Shown here: piece by piece, positions 17,453 to 30,400 of the stretch
Position numbering within the stretch: position 1 is the first letter of the stretch
Layout: every line of letters begins with the position of its first letter
Virus record (IMG/VR): IMGVR_UViG_3300009183_000009
Location: 1 to 62,242 of that record
DNA from: a virus
Taxonomy: Duplodnaviria > Caudoviricetes
DNA: 62,242 nt
Direction: 5' to 3' (one strand)
Program-made: the position numbers and the translations under genes
The notes under the pieces: model-generated
Databases searched by the model: none
The model's input: the letters and a program-made list of their open reading frames with translations, nothing else
What the model was told of the DNA's origin: nothing

Positions 17453-19033
17453 ATGGCAGATCCAACACAAATCACCCAGTATCAAACCGGCTTTGCGCCA
17501 GAGATTGCCCCTTACGCCCAGACCATGCTGGGCATGACCGGCGGCGCTCTCTATAACTACGAATATCAAGACGCAAACGGCAACATTGTCCCACAGGGAA
17601 CCCCCGGCAGTACGATGGTTTATCGGAACGCAAGCGGTGCAATTGTCCCCGCTGGAACTGCTGGCGCTCAGCCAACCCCTTTAGGCCTTAAACCCTATGA
17701 AAAATATCCGGGCGAAAGAACCGCACTATTTAACGATTTACAAACTAACAAAGCAGGAACTGGCGCGTTTGATCAAGCTGCCAAACTTGGGTACAACCCA
17801 TACTCCACAGGAGCCGCCACAGGTTTACAAGGGCTGGCCCAATTAGCGGGGGCAACTAAATATACCCCGTCAAGTTTTGATTACACAAAAGTTGCAGCAC
17901 CAACTTTACAAAACTATCAAATGACCGGGCCTGCAAATGTTGCAGCGCAAAACGTCAATGCGGGAACAATTAACGCGGCTCAAATGGGGGGCGCTGATAA
18001 AGTAGCAACTAAAAGTTTTACAGATACAGGAACTGCTGGTGCATACATGTCACCCTACATGCAAAAAGTGGTGGACATTCAACAACGTGAAGCCCAACGT
18101 CAGGCGGATATAGCAGGAACACAACGTGGCGCTCAAGCTGCAAAAACAGGCGCTTTTGGCGGGTCTCGTCAGGCTATTATGGATGCGGAAGCAGCGCGTA
18201 ATTTGGCAACTCAAAAAGGTGATATTCAAGCTCAAGGTTTAAACGCAGCATTTCAGCAAGCTCAACAGCAATTTAATGCAGAACAAGGTTATGGGCTGCA
18301 AGGGCAAATTGCAAATCAACAAGCAGGACTCACAGTTGGCGGACAAAACCTAAGCGCGGAGCAACAAGCAAGAGTACAAAATGTTGCCAACCAACTACAA
18401 GCCAGTGGGATGAACGCTCAACAAGCTTTGCAAGCAGCCTTGGCAAATCAGCAAATGGGCTACAACGTAGGTTCTCAGAACTTACAAGCTAACCTTGGCG
18501 TACAGCAACTTGGCTCAGGTCAAAACATGCAAGCTCAATTGGCAAATCAAAATGCCAATCAACAGATGCAACAGTTGGCTGAGCAATCTAAACAGTTTGG
18601 CGCTGGGCTTGGTCTTCAAGGTCTGCAAGCGGGTATGCAGGGATATCAAAACCTTGGCAATATTGGGCAAAACTTATATGGCCAAAACATTAGCAACATA
18701 AACACACAAGCACAGCTTGGCGGACAGCAACAGCAGCAAGCACAGAATATATTAGATCAGAAATACCAAGACTTCATGGCGGAAAAACAAGAGCCGTTTC
18801 AACAGTTGTCCTACATGTCTAACATGTTGCGTGGTGTGCCATTAAGCCAAGGCGCACAGACGGTTTACCAAGCCCCCCCAAGCGCATTTTCTCAGGTAGC
18901 AGGCGCGGGTTTGACTCTTGCGGGTATGAGTAATTTGTTTGGCGGAAAAACCAATGCCAAGGGCGGCGTCATTAAAGAGAAAAAGGGCAGGCCTGCTGGA
19001 TTGTCTGCGCTCGTACTTTCAAAGATGGGATAA
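17453..19033 (+). CDS. Gln-rich DNA transfer / ejection protein
   Basis: YMSPY.Q.V and GAFGGSR motifs, long Q/A/G coiled region, C-terminal Gly-rich helix and NAKGG. Confidence 0.75.
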   Translation: MADPTQITQYQTGFAPEIAPYAQTMLGMTGGALYNYEYQDANGNIVPQGTPGSTMVYRNASGAIVPAGTAGAQPTPLGLKPYEKYPGERTALFNDLQTNKAGTGAFDQAAKLGYNPYSTGAATGLQGLAQLAGATKYTPSSFDYTKVAAPTLQNYQMTGPANVAAQNVNAGTINAAQMGGADKVATKSFTDTGTAGAYMSPYMQKVVDIQQREAQRQADIAGTQRGAQAAKTGAFGGSRQAIMDAEAARNLATQKGDIQAQGLNAAFQQAQQQFNAEQGYGLQGQIANQQAGLTVGGQNLSAEQQARVQNVANQLQASGMNAQQALQAALANQQMGYNVGSQNLQANLGVQQLGSGQNMQAQLANQNANQQMQQLAEQSKQFGAGLGLQGLQAGMQGYQNLGNIGQNLYGQNISNINTQAQLGGQQQQQAQNILDQKYQDFMAEKQEPFQQLSYMSNMLRGVPLSQGAQTVYQAPPSAFSQVAGAGLTLAGMSNLFGGKTNAKGGVIKEKKGRPAGLSALVLSKMG

Positions 19034-19042
19034 GAGGCGGCT

Positions 19043-21418
19043 ATGTACACATCCACACAACGGGGAACATCAGGCATTAGCTCTGGCAGTATCGACGCTT
19101 TGCGCGTCCAGTTAATGAAGATGAATTCACAGCAATTACAAGCGTTTGCAACTGCCAACCAAGACGACGCCATTAAGCTTAGCCTTGCCGCCGAAGCGGA
19201 TAAGTACAAGAAGCAACACGGCCAAGAAGCTATGGCAATGATGGCAGGCCAACAGCAAAAGCCTCCTATTTCTCAGCAAATCCTGCAAAGCATTGGCCAG
19301 CCTCCACAGCAACCTCAACAACAACCTCAACAGCCCATGCCTCCTCAAATGGCGCAAGCTCCCCAAGGTATGCCATCCCAACAAATGGCTCAGGCCCCAC
19401 AAGAAATGCCACCACAAGGTATGGCGGATGGCGGTTATGTGTTACCCGAAAATCAAGGGATTGCTACGCTTCCCGTAGGCGGTATGGACTTTGCCGAAGG
19501 CGGCATCGTTGGGTATGCTGGTGGTGGAGAAGTGCCGGGATATGCTGAAGGCGTATTTACTGGGGTGAAGAAAAAATATAAAGAGTTAAGAGGGTATGAG
19601 TTTGACGGTGGCCCGGAAATGTTTGATAAGGCGCTTGATGCTGAAGGTGTTACAGATATCAAAAAACGCGCATTTTTAAAAGCAATTCACGACAAAGAAT
19701 CAAACCAAGCGCGTATAGCCCCAACGCGAGAAGGATCAGATGCAGCTGGCCCCATGCAGGTCAGGCCCGGCGCATGGACAGATGTTTCTAAAAAAGGTGA
19801 AGAATTAAAAGATCGCAACAACCCTTATGACAATATGCGTGCAGGTATTAGATACGCCTCTATGGGTTGGGAAAAAGCCAAGGGCGATCCTGCGCTGGCA
19901 AGCACTTTTTACTATGGCGGCAAGGGCGGTTTTGACAAAGCCAAAGAGAATAAAGGCGTTGCGGCTGATGAAGATAAAGGTCAGACAACTTTGCAGTATG
20001 GAAAAGATGTTGCTTCAAGGTATTTTAAAATGTTGCCTATCACAGCAACAGCCGCACCCGCAGTTGCTAACTCAGCCATAGATCAAATCCCCGGTCAGTC
20101 TGCAAAGGCACCTCCTTCCAAGGCCGCGCTACAAGATCAAGGTCTAGCTGCATTAGCAGGCGGTGACCCCATGACGGGCTTTACTATGCCTCAAGATGTG
20201 TTTAGCCCAAGCCCAGAGGAAGAGCGCAAGTACGCTGCTGCAAAGGGGCAAGCTAAAAAAGTTGAAGATGTTGTTAGCCAAATCCCCGGCCAGTCCGTTA
20301 AAGCGCCAGCGTTTAAAGACACCAACACTTACTTTGGCGGTGTTGCTGACGAAATGGGCATATCCCCAGAAGTTCAACGCAATGTTTCCAACACAATAAA
20401 TGCAACAAGCGGGTTTACTTCGCCTCTTGGCGGCGTTAACCGTGCAGCTTCAACTGTTTCCAAAGGACTTGAGCCTACGGCAGAGATGATTCAAAAAGCT
20501 AAGCAAGCAAAATTGTTGACCACTATCAACAACGCCGAACAAGTTGTTGAAGCACCTCGCCTACTGCCCCCTGCCAAAGCTGGACTTGAAGCCCTTGATG
20601 AGGCATCTGCGGCTACCCGCGCTGCTGCTGAGAATGCACGCCGTATGCGTCAGCTTGAACAAGACCGCAAAGCCGCAATGGGCGCAGAACAATCCGTAGA
20701 TGCAGCAACAAAATCTGCGGCAATTGCAGACAAGTTAGCCAAAGAACAAGCAGCGCTTGTTGATGCTGCCCGTTTAGGTCAAGCCAAAATGACAGGCGCC
20801 GCTCAAGGTTTAGCCATGACCCAAGCGGCAGACAAAGCCGGATTGATACCTCAAGGTGGTGGCGTATCTGATTTAATTCCAGAAACTGCACCGGCTATGG
20901 CTCCCCCAATTCCATCAGGAATGCTTGCCCCTGTTGCTGGAGAAGAACCCAAAGGTTTGGACGTCAAAGACTTGCCCAAAGACCCCGTAACTGGAGGCAC
21001 TGACTGGAACAAATTAGCTACCTACTTTGGCTTGAACTTAATGGCAGGTAAGTCGCCCAACGCCCTTACTAATGTTGGTGAAGCAGGCATTGGCGCATTG
21101 AACATGCAACAAGCTGAAGCAAGAGCCAACAGCGAAAAGGCTTACCGAGAAGCTATGGCCGCACACGCCCAGATGCCTGCGGCTGAAGTTCAACTGACTG
21201 AGAAATACGCTAACGATCCTAAGTTCCGTAAAGCGTTTGATATGTTGGCTAATGCAAAACGTGAACCAATGACTCGTGAAAGCTTGTTTAAAGAATACAT
21301 CAAGTCTCCAGTTGCAAGCATCAAACCATTTTCTGAATATGTGTCAGAATACGAAAAAGAATTTGGGTCGCTGGGTGGGGGTGCTCCTAAGGGAACCATT
21401 GTCACCCGCGAAAAATAA
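19043..21418 (+). CDS. Ejection protein with lytic transglycosylase (SLT-like) domain
   Basis: AI..KES...A.GPMQV.P...NP.DN.RAG.RY...A...Y.GG at about 19670-19920. Confidence 0.8.
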   Translation: MYTSTQRGTSGISSGSIDALRVQLMKMNSQQLQAFATANQDDAIKLSLAAEADKYKKQHGQEAMAMMAGQQQKPPISQQILQSIGQPPQQPQQQPQQPMPPQMAQAPQGMPSQQMAQAPQEMPPQGMADGGYVLPENQGIATLPVGGMDFAEGGIVGYAGGGEVPGYAEGVFTGVKKKYKELRGYEFDGGPEMFDKALDAEGVTDIKKRAFLKAIHDKESNQARIAPTREGSDAAGPMQVRPGAWTDVSKKGEELKDRNNPYDNMRAGIRYASMGWEKAKGDPALASTFYYGGKGGFDKAKENKGVAADEDKGQTTLQYGKDVASRYFKMLPITATAAPAVANSAIDQIPGQSAKAPPSKAALQDQGLAALAGGDPMTGFTMPQDVFSPSPEEERKYAAAKGQAKKVEDVVSQIPGQSVKAPAFKDTNTYFGGVADEMGISPEVQRNVSNTINATSGFTSPLGGVNRAASTVSKGLEPTAEMIQKAKQAKLLTTINNAEQVVEAPRLLPPAKAGLEALDEASAATRAAAENARRMRQLEQDRKAAMGAEQSVDAATKSAAIADKLAKEQAALVDAARLGQAKMTGAAQGLAMTQAADKAGLIPQGGGVSDLIPETAPAMAPPIPSGMLAPVAGEEPKGLDVKDLPKDPVTGGTDWNKLATYFGLNLMAGKSPNALTNVGEAGIGALNMQQAEARANSEKAYREAMAAHAQMPAAEVQLTEKYANDPKFRKAFDMLANAKREPMTRESLFKEYIKSPVASIKPFSEYVSEYEKEFGSLGGGAPKGTIVTREK

Positions 21419-21440
21419 CCGTAAAACCAGAGAGGCGTAA

Positions 21441-24400
21441 ATGCCGCAGTACAAAGTTGAGATTCCGGGTCAAGGCACATTTAATGTTGACTCCCCGGAA
21501 GAGCTAACCGATGCAGAGGTTTATGCAGCGGTTCGACAACAACTGCGCTCTGAAAAGCCTCAAGAACCCGAAGCACAGCCTGAGTCGGGTTTTTTTCCTG
21601 CACTTAAATCAAGCGCCTCCGCACTTAAGAGCGACATAGCCTCCCTTGCAGGCAGGTCAGGGTTGATGGATTTGGCCAAAGCCGAGCAAATCCGCAAAGA
21701 GTCAGAAGAGTACCAGCGGCAAACTTTTGCCCCTACCCAAGAAGGCTGGACAGAAGCACCCTTTACCAAGTTTAAAGAGTTGGCTGGCGGTTCTTTGCCG
21801 TACATGGCCGCGCCTATAGCGGCGGGTATGTTGGCTCCTGAGGGGGCTATTGGTCTTGGTGTAGCAGGTCTGACTTCTGCCACACAGTTTGCAGGTTCAG
21901 GTTTGTCGCGTCAAATGGACGAAGGCAAGTCTCTTGCTGAAACAAATCTTGGTGCCGCCGTTGCCGCGTCCGTACCACAGGCCGCGCTAGACATATTGTC
22001 TTTACGCATGATTCCCGGTATCCGTGGCATCTTTGGTGCTGTTGGTAAGGAGATGACCGAGGTTGAAGCGCAGGCAATTGCCAAGCAGGGATTGGCTAAA
22101 ACCTTAGGTGATTACGCACTTACAACAGGTAAAACTGCCGGTATGGAGGGTCTGACCGAGGCAGGTCAACAAGTATTTGAGCGTTTGCAAGCAGGGTTAA
22201 ACCTTACTGACCAGCAAGCGCAGGATGAGTATTTTCAGAATTTCCTTGGTGGTGCAGTCCTTGGTGGTGCATTGGCTCCTATTGGACGGTATTCTGAACG
22301 CGGCAAAGAACAACGGCAAGCAAAAGCGTTACTTCAACAACCTGAAGCAGTTGCTCCCCCTGAACCAAGTGCGCCTGTTGCTCCAACCACTGCCGAAGAA
22401 GCAATTCCTGAACCTACTTTACGGCAACCTGTTTCTGAGAAAGCTGCCAAAGAACCAGTGCTCCCCGGAGCCGCCGCATCGTTTAAAGAACGCTTGGAAC
22501 AGCGCAAACAGCTTGAAAAGGCTGTTGCCCCCTATGAAAAAGAGCAGGCCCGTGTAGCCGCCTTGACCCCATTTGACTACTTGATGGAGCAGACAAGTGA
22601 GGTTCCCAAACCCACTAAAGTTAAGGAAGGTGAGGGACTTGTTGCCGCCGACATGACCGGCCTGCCTTACGCCATGAAGTTTGCCAAGCAGCAGATTGAA
22701 GCTGCCAAGTACAACGAGATTGAGCCAGACGTTTCCAAATACATTGAGTATCTGCTTACAAAACCTGACTATGCCAATATCTTGGCTACGCACGCTAAGC
22801 AATTGCCGGGGTTGAACGCCAAACAAAGCAAGTCCGTGTTGGCCGCTTTGCCATCCGCGCTGAAGTTACGGGCCGAGGCAGAAGCTAAGAAAACCGCAGA
22901 AGCAGAGAAACCTGCCGAGACTCCTGATAAAGATTTAAGCCACCTTGAGCCCTTGTTTAATAAGGCTTTTGAGGGTAAAGAACCCATCATTGAGGTTAAT
23001 GAAAACCTCATGCCTACCCGCAACGCCAAAATTGTGCGGGAGAATGTCAATACTTTACTGCAACAAGCTGATGATGTAGAAGCAACATACAGGGCTGCGC
23101 GGCGTGCTGGTAATAGGGCGGCGGCTGTCTCTGCTTTTGCGCAAAAACAAGCCATTACCAAGAAGCTCAATGCACTGACTGAGGAGACCCCTGCCGGTGC
23201 GTTGACTGAGGGAAAGCAGAAACCTCCGGGAGAAATTGATACCCGCGCTTCTTACGCTAGAGAAGTTATACAGCTACGCCGCCAACAGCAAAAGGCGCTG
23301 GAGGACATTGAGATTACGCTTAATACGCTCCGTGCTGGCGATGTGATGGGTAGAGAAGTTGAACCCGTCCGTGACCCTGATACTGGCAAGATCACCATGA
23401 AACCGGTTGAGATTGGCAAAGGTGCGGCAGGTGCATCCGGCGCTGTGCTGGCGCAACGTGCTGAGTCTTTGCGTGGGGACTACATCAACGCCTTGCTGAA
23501 GGAAGCGGCAACACATCGCCGTGCGCTGGGCAAAGCCCCCATAACCGTGGACGAAGCCACCAAAGCCGCCTCACGGGTGTATGACGTTGTAAATGAGTGG
23601 ATTGAGCGCTCCAAAGCCAAGCCGTTGCCAAGGTCTGTCGAGAAGCCTGAGTTTGTAGAAAAGATTGTTCAGCCCGCCCAGAAACGTGCAGGCAAGATCA
23701 TCCGAGGTGCAGTTACTGAACGTGCGTACAGCGATAAGCCGCCAGCCAAAGCTCCTGAGGGATATGACGAAACTGACGGCAAGTGGGAGAAGTTTCCCAC
23801 AGGCAAGCCAAACCCACCTTTTGTTTGGGAATTCATAGACAGCCGCCCAGTAGAGGGCCGGTTTAACGAAATTGCAAGGCTAAGCGACAAGGAAGTTAAG
23901 CACTTCAAGGCTCAGATCGACAATGTAGTCAAGGACTTAGAAGAGATTCCGTCTGAAGTTTCACGTGAAACACCTCTGTTGAAGCAACAGTTTGCTGGCG
24001 CTGAAGCCAAAAAGACAGCCGAAGCCCGAGGTGAAACCGCCGCCACAGCCAGCGGAGAACTGCGTCGCCTACGTGAATACGTGGGCAACATGATTGATAA
24101 AGCGCTGACACGTAACCCACCGGAAGAAATACAGAACTCGTTAGAACGCGCCAAAGAAATCATTGAAGACGGCAAAGCCAGCAAGACTTTGTTGGACGCA
24201 GCCCAGAATCAAGCCGCACGCATCCTGCGCGGTGAAGACCTTGGCAAACAGGTGTACACACGTCGTGAACTTGCTTCGAGCAAACGTGTTGTTGACAATG
24301 TTCCCGGCAGAGAAGCTGAGACACGCATTGGAGAACGTCGCACATACAGACAGGTAGGTTACGAAGCCGCGCTTGCCCCCGAAGGTAGCGCATTACGTGA

Positions 24401-27400
24401 GCTTCAAGATGCCATAAAGCTGTATGAACGTACAGCCCAAGAGGGTGAGATTGCTGGTGAAGGTGCGGCTGGTCAAGGTCAGTTGTTTCCTGAGACACGC
24501 AAAGACATTGGCTACATCCGCGCTAATCCTGCCAACTTTGCCAAGTCACCACAGATTAAACCTGTATGGGAAACGTTGGAGCAGTCCCGCAAGCTCAAGG
24601 CAGAGTTAGATCAGAAGACCAAAATAGATAGAGCCAGAGCCGTTGTAGCCGTCAAGGAAGTTGAAAGCCTTACAGCACTGGTTGACAACATTAAAGCAAA
24701 CACCAAGTTCTTTTGGGCAGACACTACTAAATGGTCAGACCAAGCGTTGGCTAAAGCGTTTGTTCCGTATCCTGATATTGGTAATACAGCCGCAGAACAA
24801 GCGCTTGTTGACATTTACCTTAAAAGCCCTAAGAGCCTTTCCGCACAAGATAAGGTAACCGTTGACGCGCTTATAAAAACTTTTACCGCAAAAGCGTTGC
24901 CTAAATATCAAGAAAAACTAAAACAAGCAGTAAGTATGCTTGCCCAAGGTGAACGGCTTAACGACTTTAACAACAAGTTGCTTGGCTTTATGCAAGACTC
25001 TAACAAGAGTGTTCGTGAAGCGGCAGAAGCTAAGAAGCAAGCGCTTGCCCCTTTGCAAGAAGCATTGGATAGGATTAAGGTTGCGCTCAAAGCGTCGCCT
25101 GTTCTGACAGAAGCTCAGAAAGAGGCAATTGGTTTAGAAGGCAAGATCAGCGACCAACGTGCCAAGTACAGCCAATCTGTTGAAGCAGCTATTAAGAAGA
25201 CCAACGACCAAATGGTCGTGGCAAGAGATGCCATTCTCAACCCACAAATTGAGCCAGTGTTGCGTTCACTCAAAGCCGCAGGTACGCGCCTTGAGAAAGT
25301 GTTGGATGAAATCACTAACGCAGAAGAAGCGTTTGATGCAATGCTAGAGACCGAGGGCGGCGAAGAGCGTCTATTGAGTTCTCCGTACCAAGTTGAAAGC
25401 TTGCGCAAGAATAAAGAAACTGCTGAGAAACTTATTGACCAGATTCAAGAGCAGTCAAAGATATACGAAGACTTGCTCAAGCAAAAGAACGAGGACTTTA
25501 CACGTAGCTCAATAGCTGTGCAAGCGATGCTGGACAAGAACGTCAAGTACGAGCGTGAGTATTTGGAAATACTAGAAGGCCAGCTTGCGTTTGTGCGCGG
25601 TGAAAACATTGACGCAATGCAGGAGAAACCCGGCGAGCGCCGGATGTTTGAAAAAGTAACGGCTACGCAGAAGTATCCGTTTGCTGCTCGCCGCGCTGAA
25701 GAAGCAATTAAAGTTCAACGTGCTGCGCTGGAAGCTGCAAAGAAACGCGCTGACGCGTTTAAGAAAGAAACTGACGATACCAAAGACAAGATTGAGAAGA
25801 CTCAGAAACAAGCAGCTACAGATATTGCAGAGAAGTTGCCCGGCATTCAGATGTCGAAAGGCGAGGTCAGCAAACTTAAAACTGCGGCTGAGAAAGAAGC
25901 TGAGGCAAAGAACAAGGCCGAGCTTGACCTTACCGCTGAGACCATTGATGCTGGCAGACGCGCTCAAATAAAGCAGACCAAGCTGGACGAGTTGAACACC
26001 GAGCTTGAGAATTTGTACCTTGACTTTGCTGGGCGTGCTGGCCCAACAGACCCTGCGCTGTTGCAAGAGTTTGCGCGTAACAAGAAGAAGTCACCCGCTA
26101 CGCGTGCGTATGCACAAGCTAAGCTTGACCTATACAACCAGATTGAAATCCTTGAAGCGCAAGAAGATTCACTTAAAACAGGTAAGCCTTTTAAAAAGCC
26201 CCGCACAGCTACTACGCCGAGCACTGCCGCGTTGGCGGGAGCTAAAGAGTTCCGTTCAGGTTCTGATGCTCAGATAGAGCAACGCCAGAAACGCATTGAT
26301 GCGGCAATTGACAAAGAGTACGCACGCTATGAACGGCTTGAAGCAAAAGCCACGATGCAGGCAGACAAAGAAGCACGTAAGTATGCTGAGAATTTGTTTG
26401 AGAGCGACGACTACATTGAGCCGTCTAGACAGAGCTACGAGTTCTCACGCGGTGTCCCATCGACAGGCTTGACCAAAGCTGAGCTTGAGGCTGAGCTTAC
26501 TGCGGGTATGGGTGAGCCTGTTACTGGTCGAGGTAGAGAAGCGCAGGTTAAGCGTGCATTGAGTGTGTATGAGAATCTTGACGAGTACTTAAGCCAGTTT
26601 AAAGATGCGACACGTCAAAAACTAGAAAGCCAGATTCCATCAGACGCCAAAGGTTTTGTGCAGGACGGTAAGGCTGTATTGTTTGCCAACAACATAGCCA
26701 AGGGCGAAGGTTTAGGCGTATTGCTCCACGAAGTCGGCGTGCATATAGGCTTTCGCAATTTCTTTAACCAAGCTCAGTACAACGCGTTGGTTAAGACAGT
26801 CAAATCATGGGCTGCGCGTGAAGACGGCTCTATGGAAGCGCGTGTTGGTAAAGCCGCAATGGACAGAGTTAAAGCCGCTGAGACTCCTGCAAATCAAATT
26901 GATGACGAGCTTTTAGCGTATGCCGTTGAAGAAGCGATGAAAGCCGGGGTAGACCCAGAAGGCGTGAAGAAAGGTTCTGCTGTGCAGAACTGGTTGCGCA
27001 TGGTGGTCGACGCGTTTAGAAAAGCGCTTGAGAAGTTTGGCATTAACGCCAAGAACTTGACTGCTGGTGACTTGGTTAACTTTGCTTACGGTGCGGCACA
27101 GCTTGAACTTAAAGGAACTTGGCACGGCACTGGCGTGGAGTTTAAAGAGTTTGACCACGCTTATATGAGTTCTGGTGAAGGACACCAAGCATTTGGCTAT
27201 GGCACATATCGTGCACAGCAAAAAGGTATTGGCCAAAACTATCAACGTATTGCGGCAGAAAACCAAACTGAGAAATGGGCGGAACGTCCTGATGTAAAAG
27301 AATGGTTTGAATCACAGAAACCAAAATTTACAGGCACGTTGCCTGAAGGAACGCCTGATTGGTTTTTAGAAAGTGCGTTAGACACAACAGCAGGTGTTAC

Positions 27401-30400
27401 TAAAGGGGTCAACCCCTACCAAGCTTTTAAATTTGCTCTTGAAGATAACATAGAAGAATTGGAAAACTTGCCCTCTGTTGATGAAGCAGGTTTTAAAAAT
27501 GTCACAAATGCTGAGTTTAAAAATAAAATAAAAGAACTTAAAGACCTTGCAAAAAATGCGGGTAGTTATTTAACGGCTGTCTACGATGAGCCTGTATATA
27601 AAGGCAGACCACACTATGATTTGTTTGGAGACAATCCAGCCGCACATGCCGTTTTAAAGTTTTTTAGAACCGCCCTTGCAACGGGGAAAGAACCATCTTG
27701 GGAAAACGCTTTTGCAGAAGCAAAAGCGGATGCTGAACACACCATAAAAGTGTTTGAGCAAACTGACCTTGAAAAAGAAGGCAATGCTTTTTATAAACGT
27801 TTTAAACAAATATACGAAGACTTAGATACGCTTGATGTAAAAGACTTTAAATACAACCCACCGTCTGGCGCGCCTGTGCCAGAACCTGTTGGCTATTTGT
27901 TGCGCACGCTCCATACCCGCCCAGAAAACGAATACGTTCATTGGGACGACCTTGCAGACAAACAACCACCGGTTGTAAAAACTGTTTTTAAACGTATTTA
28001 CGATTCGTTTACACCGCCGCAAAAAGAATTTTTTGACCGTGCCATAAGCACGACTCCGCTTGATCGCCAAAATGGACAGGATTTGTACCAAGCATTGAGT
28101 GCTGTGTTTGAGAAATCCGGCACACCAAGCAAATTGTCTGACATGATGGCGTCTGAAATGCTTCACGCCGAAGGTGTTGCAGGCATTAAGTTCTTTGATA
28201 ACCCATCAAGAAAAACAAAACAAGGCACGTTTAACTACGTTGACTTTAGCGACAAGGGGGAAGGCGCTCAAATACTTGGTGTTGACCTTGAGCCTGTGGG
28301 GCAGACCAAAGAGATGCTGTTCTCCCGCGCTGTTGCTCCGGGGTTTGAGGATGCGTTGAACACAGCCAACGACATTATTGCTAAGCCCAAAACAGTTCGT
28401 CAGCGGGTTGAAGCTAACCTTGGTCTGGCATTCCGTACACAGGTGCTGGACAGACTGGCTCCGCTGGAACAAATTGCCAATACTATGCTTGACCCACTCA
28501 AGGGCACGCAGATGATGTACTACCTGCGCATGTCAGACCAGCGCATGTCTTTTGTTCAGCAAGCTGTTGGTCGTGGTGTTCCACAACTTGTTGGCTACAA
28601 GCGCAAAGACGGACAGACTGAGTACCTGATTGAAAGCAAAGAAGGTGTCAACCTGTCGTCTGTGGTCGACACCTTGAAGGACGCACCCGGCATGAATGCT
28701 GAAGCGGCCAATAAGTTGTTTACGCTGTACTTGGCTGGCAAACGTGCTGAACGTGTTGGCTACAACAAGCTGAACTTCTCCAAGACAGAATCTGAGATAC
28801 GCAGTGCCGTTACTCAAATCGAAGGTAACAAAGAACTGTTGGGCGTGTTTGAAAAAGCACGCACTCAATACAACAACTACAACCGCAACCTGATGAAGTT
28901 CATGGAGTCTACGGGCGCTATGTCTAAGGAAGTTGCTGAACAGCTTGCCAGCACCAACGACTACATTCCCTACTACCGTGAGCGCAACGGCAACGCCGAA
29001 CTGGTCATTGGCGGCGAAGGCACGTTTAAGATGGGTAGTCTTAAAGATCAACCACAACTGAAAGAGTTGATTGGTGGTGAAGAAAAGATCATGGACTTCC
29101 TGACAAGCTCAGTGGAGAACACGTCCATCATTATGGATATTGGTTTGCGCAACAAGGCTACTACCAACGCCATGTTTGAGTTGGTTGATCTGGGTATTGC
29201 CCGATTCGTTAAGCCTGACTCAACTGGCCCCAACATTGTGCGCTTTAAAGATCGCGGTGAAGAGAAGGCGGTTGAGATCAACACACGCAATACCGACTTC
29301 CCTGCCGACTTACTGGTCAAAGGGCTTGAGGGTATTCCTGTAAACAACTCTGCGCTTGTCAGAGCTATGGGAGTTCCATCTAACTTTTTACGTAAAGCTA
29401 TTACCCTGAACCCGTTGTACTCTATGCGGCAGATATTCCGTGACTCTGTTGCGGCTCCTCTGATGTCCGGCGCAGACATGTTGCCCATTATTGGTGCTCT
29501 CAAACAAATTGGTGCGTCGGCAACAAAAGAAAAGCTGGAGGCTCGCGGCATTGTTGGTGGGCAAGTATTCACTGGCACAAACGAAGACCTTACCACTATC
29601 CTTAGAGAGTTCCAGTCAGGCAAGATGGGGTTGTCTCAGTTGATGGCACGCGCCGAAGGCATTGCAATGGAGGCTGACGCAACTACTCGCCGTGCTCAGT
29701 ACGACTCTTACATCAAGCAAGGACTGTCCGAGATGGAAGCTACGCTGATGTCGCTGGAGTCAATGAACTTCAACCGCAAAGGCTTGTCGCCCAGCGTGCG
29801 CATGGCGTCTACGCTGATACCTTTCTTCAATGCCCAGTTGCAGAGCTTGGACGTTTTATACCGCGCTATGACAGGCAAGATGCCGTTTAATGAGCGCCTA
29901 GACATTCAAGGAAAGCTGTACCGCCGTGGCATGTTGCTGGCTGGCACAGCCGTGGCCTACGCCATGCTCATGCAGGACGACGAAGCCTACAAGAACGCCA
30001 ACCCTGATGAGAAGTACGGCAACTTCTTTGTGCGCATCCCCGGATTGAAAGAACCTATTCGTGTACCAGTTCCGTTTGAAATTGGCTATATCTTTAAGGC
30101 TCTGCCCGAAGCTATGGTCAACATCATGGCAAACAAACATGGCGACGAGGAAGCCTACAAAGCATTCAAACAGATTGCGCTTCAGACCATACCGGGCGGC
30201 ACATCTTTGTTCCTGCCAGCCGCTGTGAAACCTATGATTGAGAACGCCGCCAACTACTCGTTCTTTACTGGGCGCTCACTTGAGACTAAGCGAGAGCAGA
30301 ATCTTGAGGCGGCTTACCGCTACCGAGACAACACTTCTGAGATTGCCAAGATCATTGGTCAGGCGGGCAATGTGTCACCTATCAAAATAGAGAACCTGAT

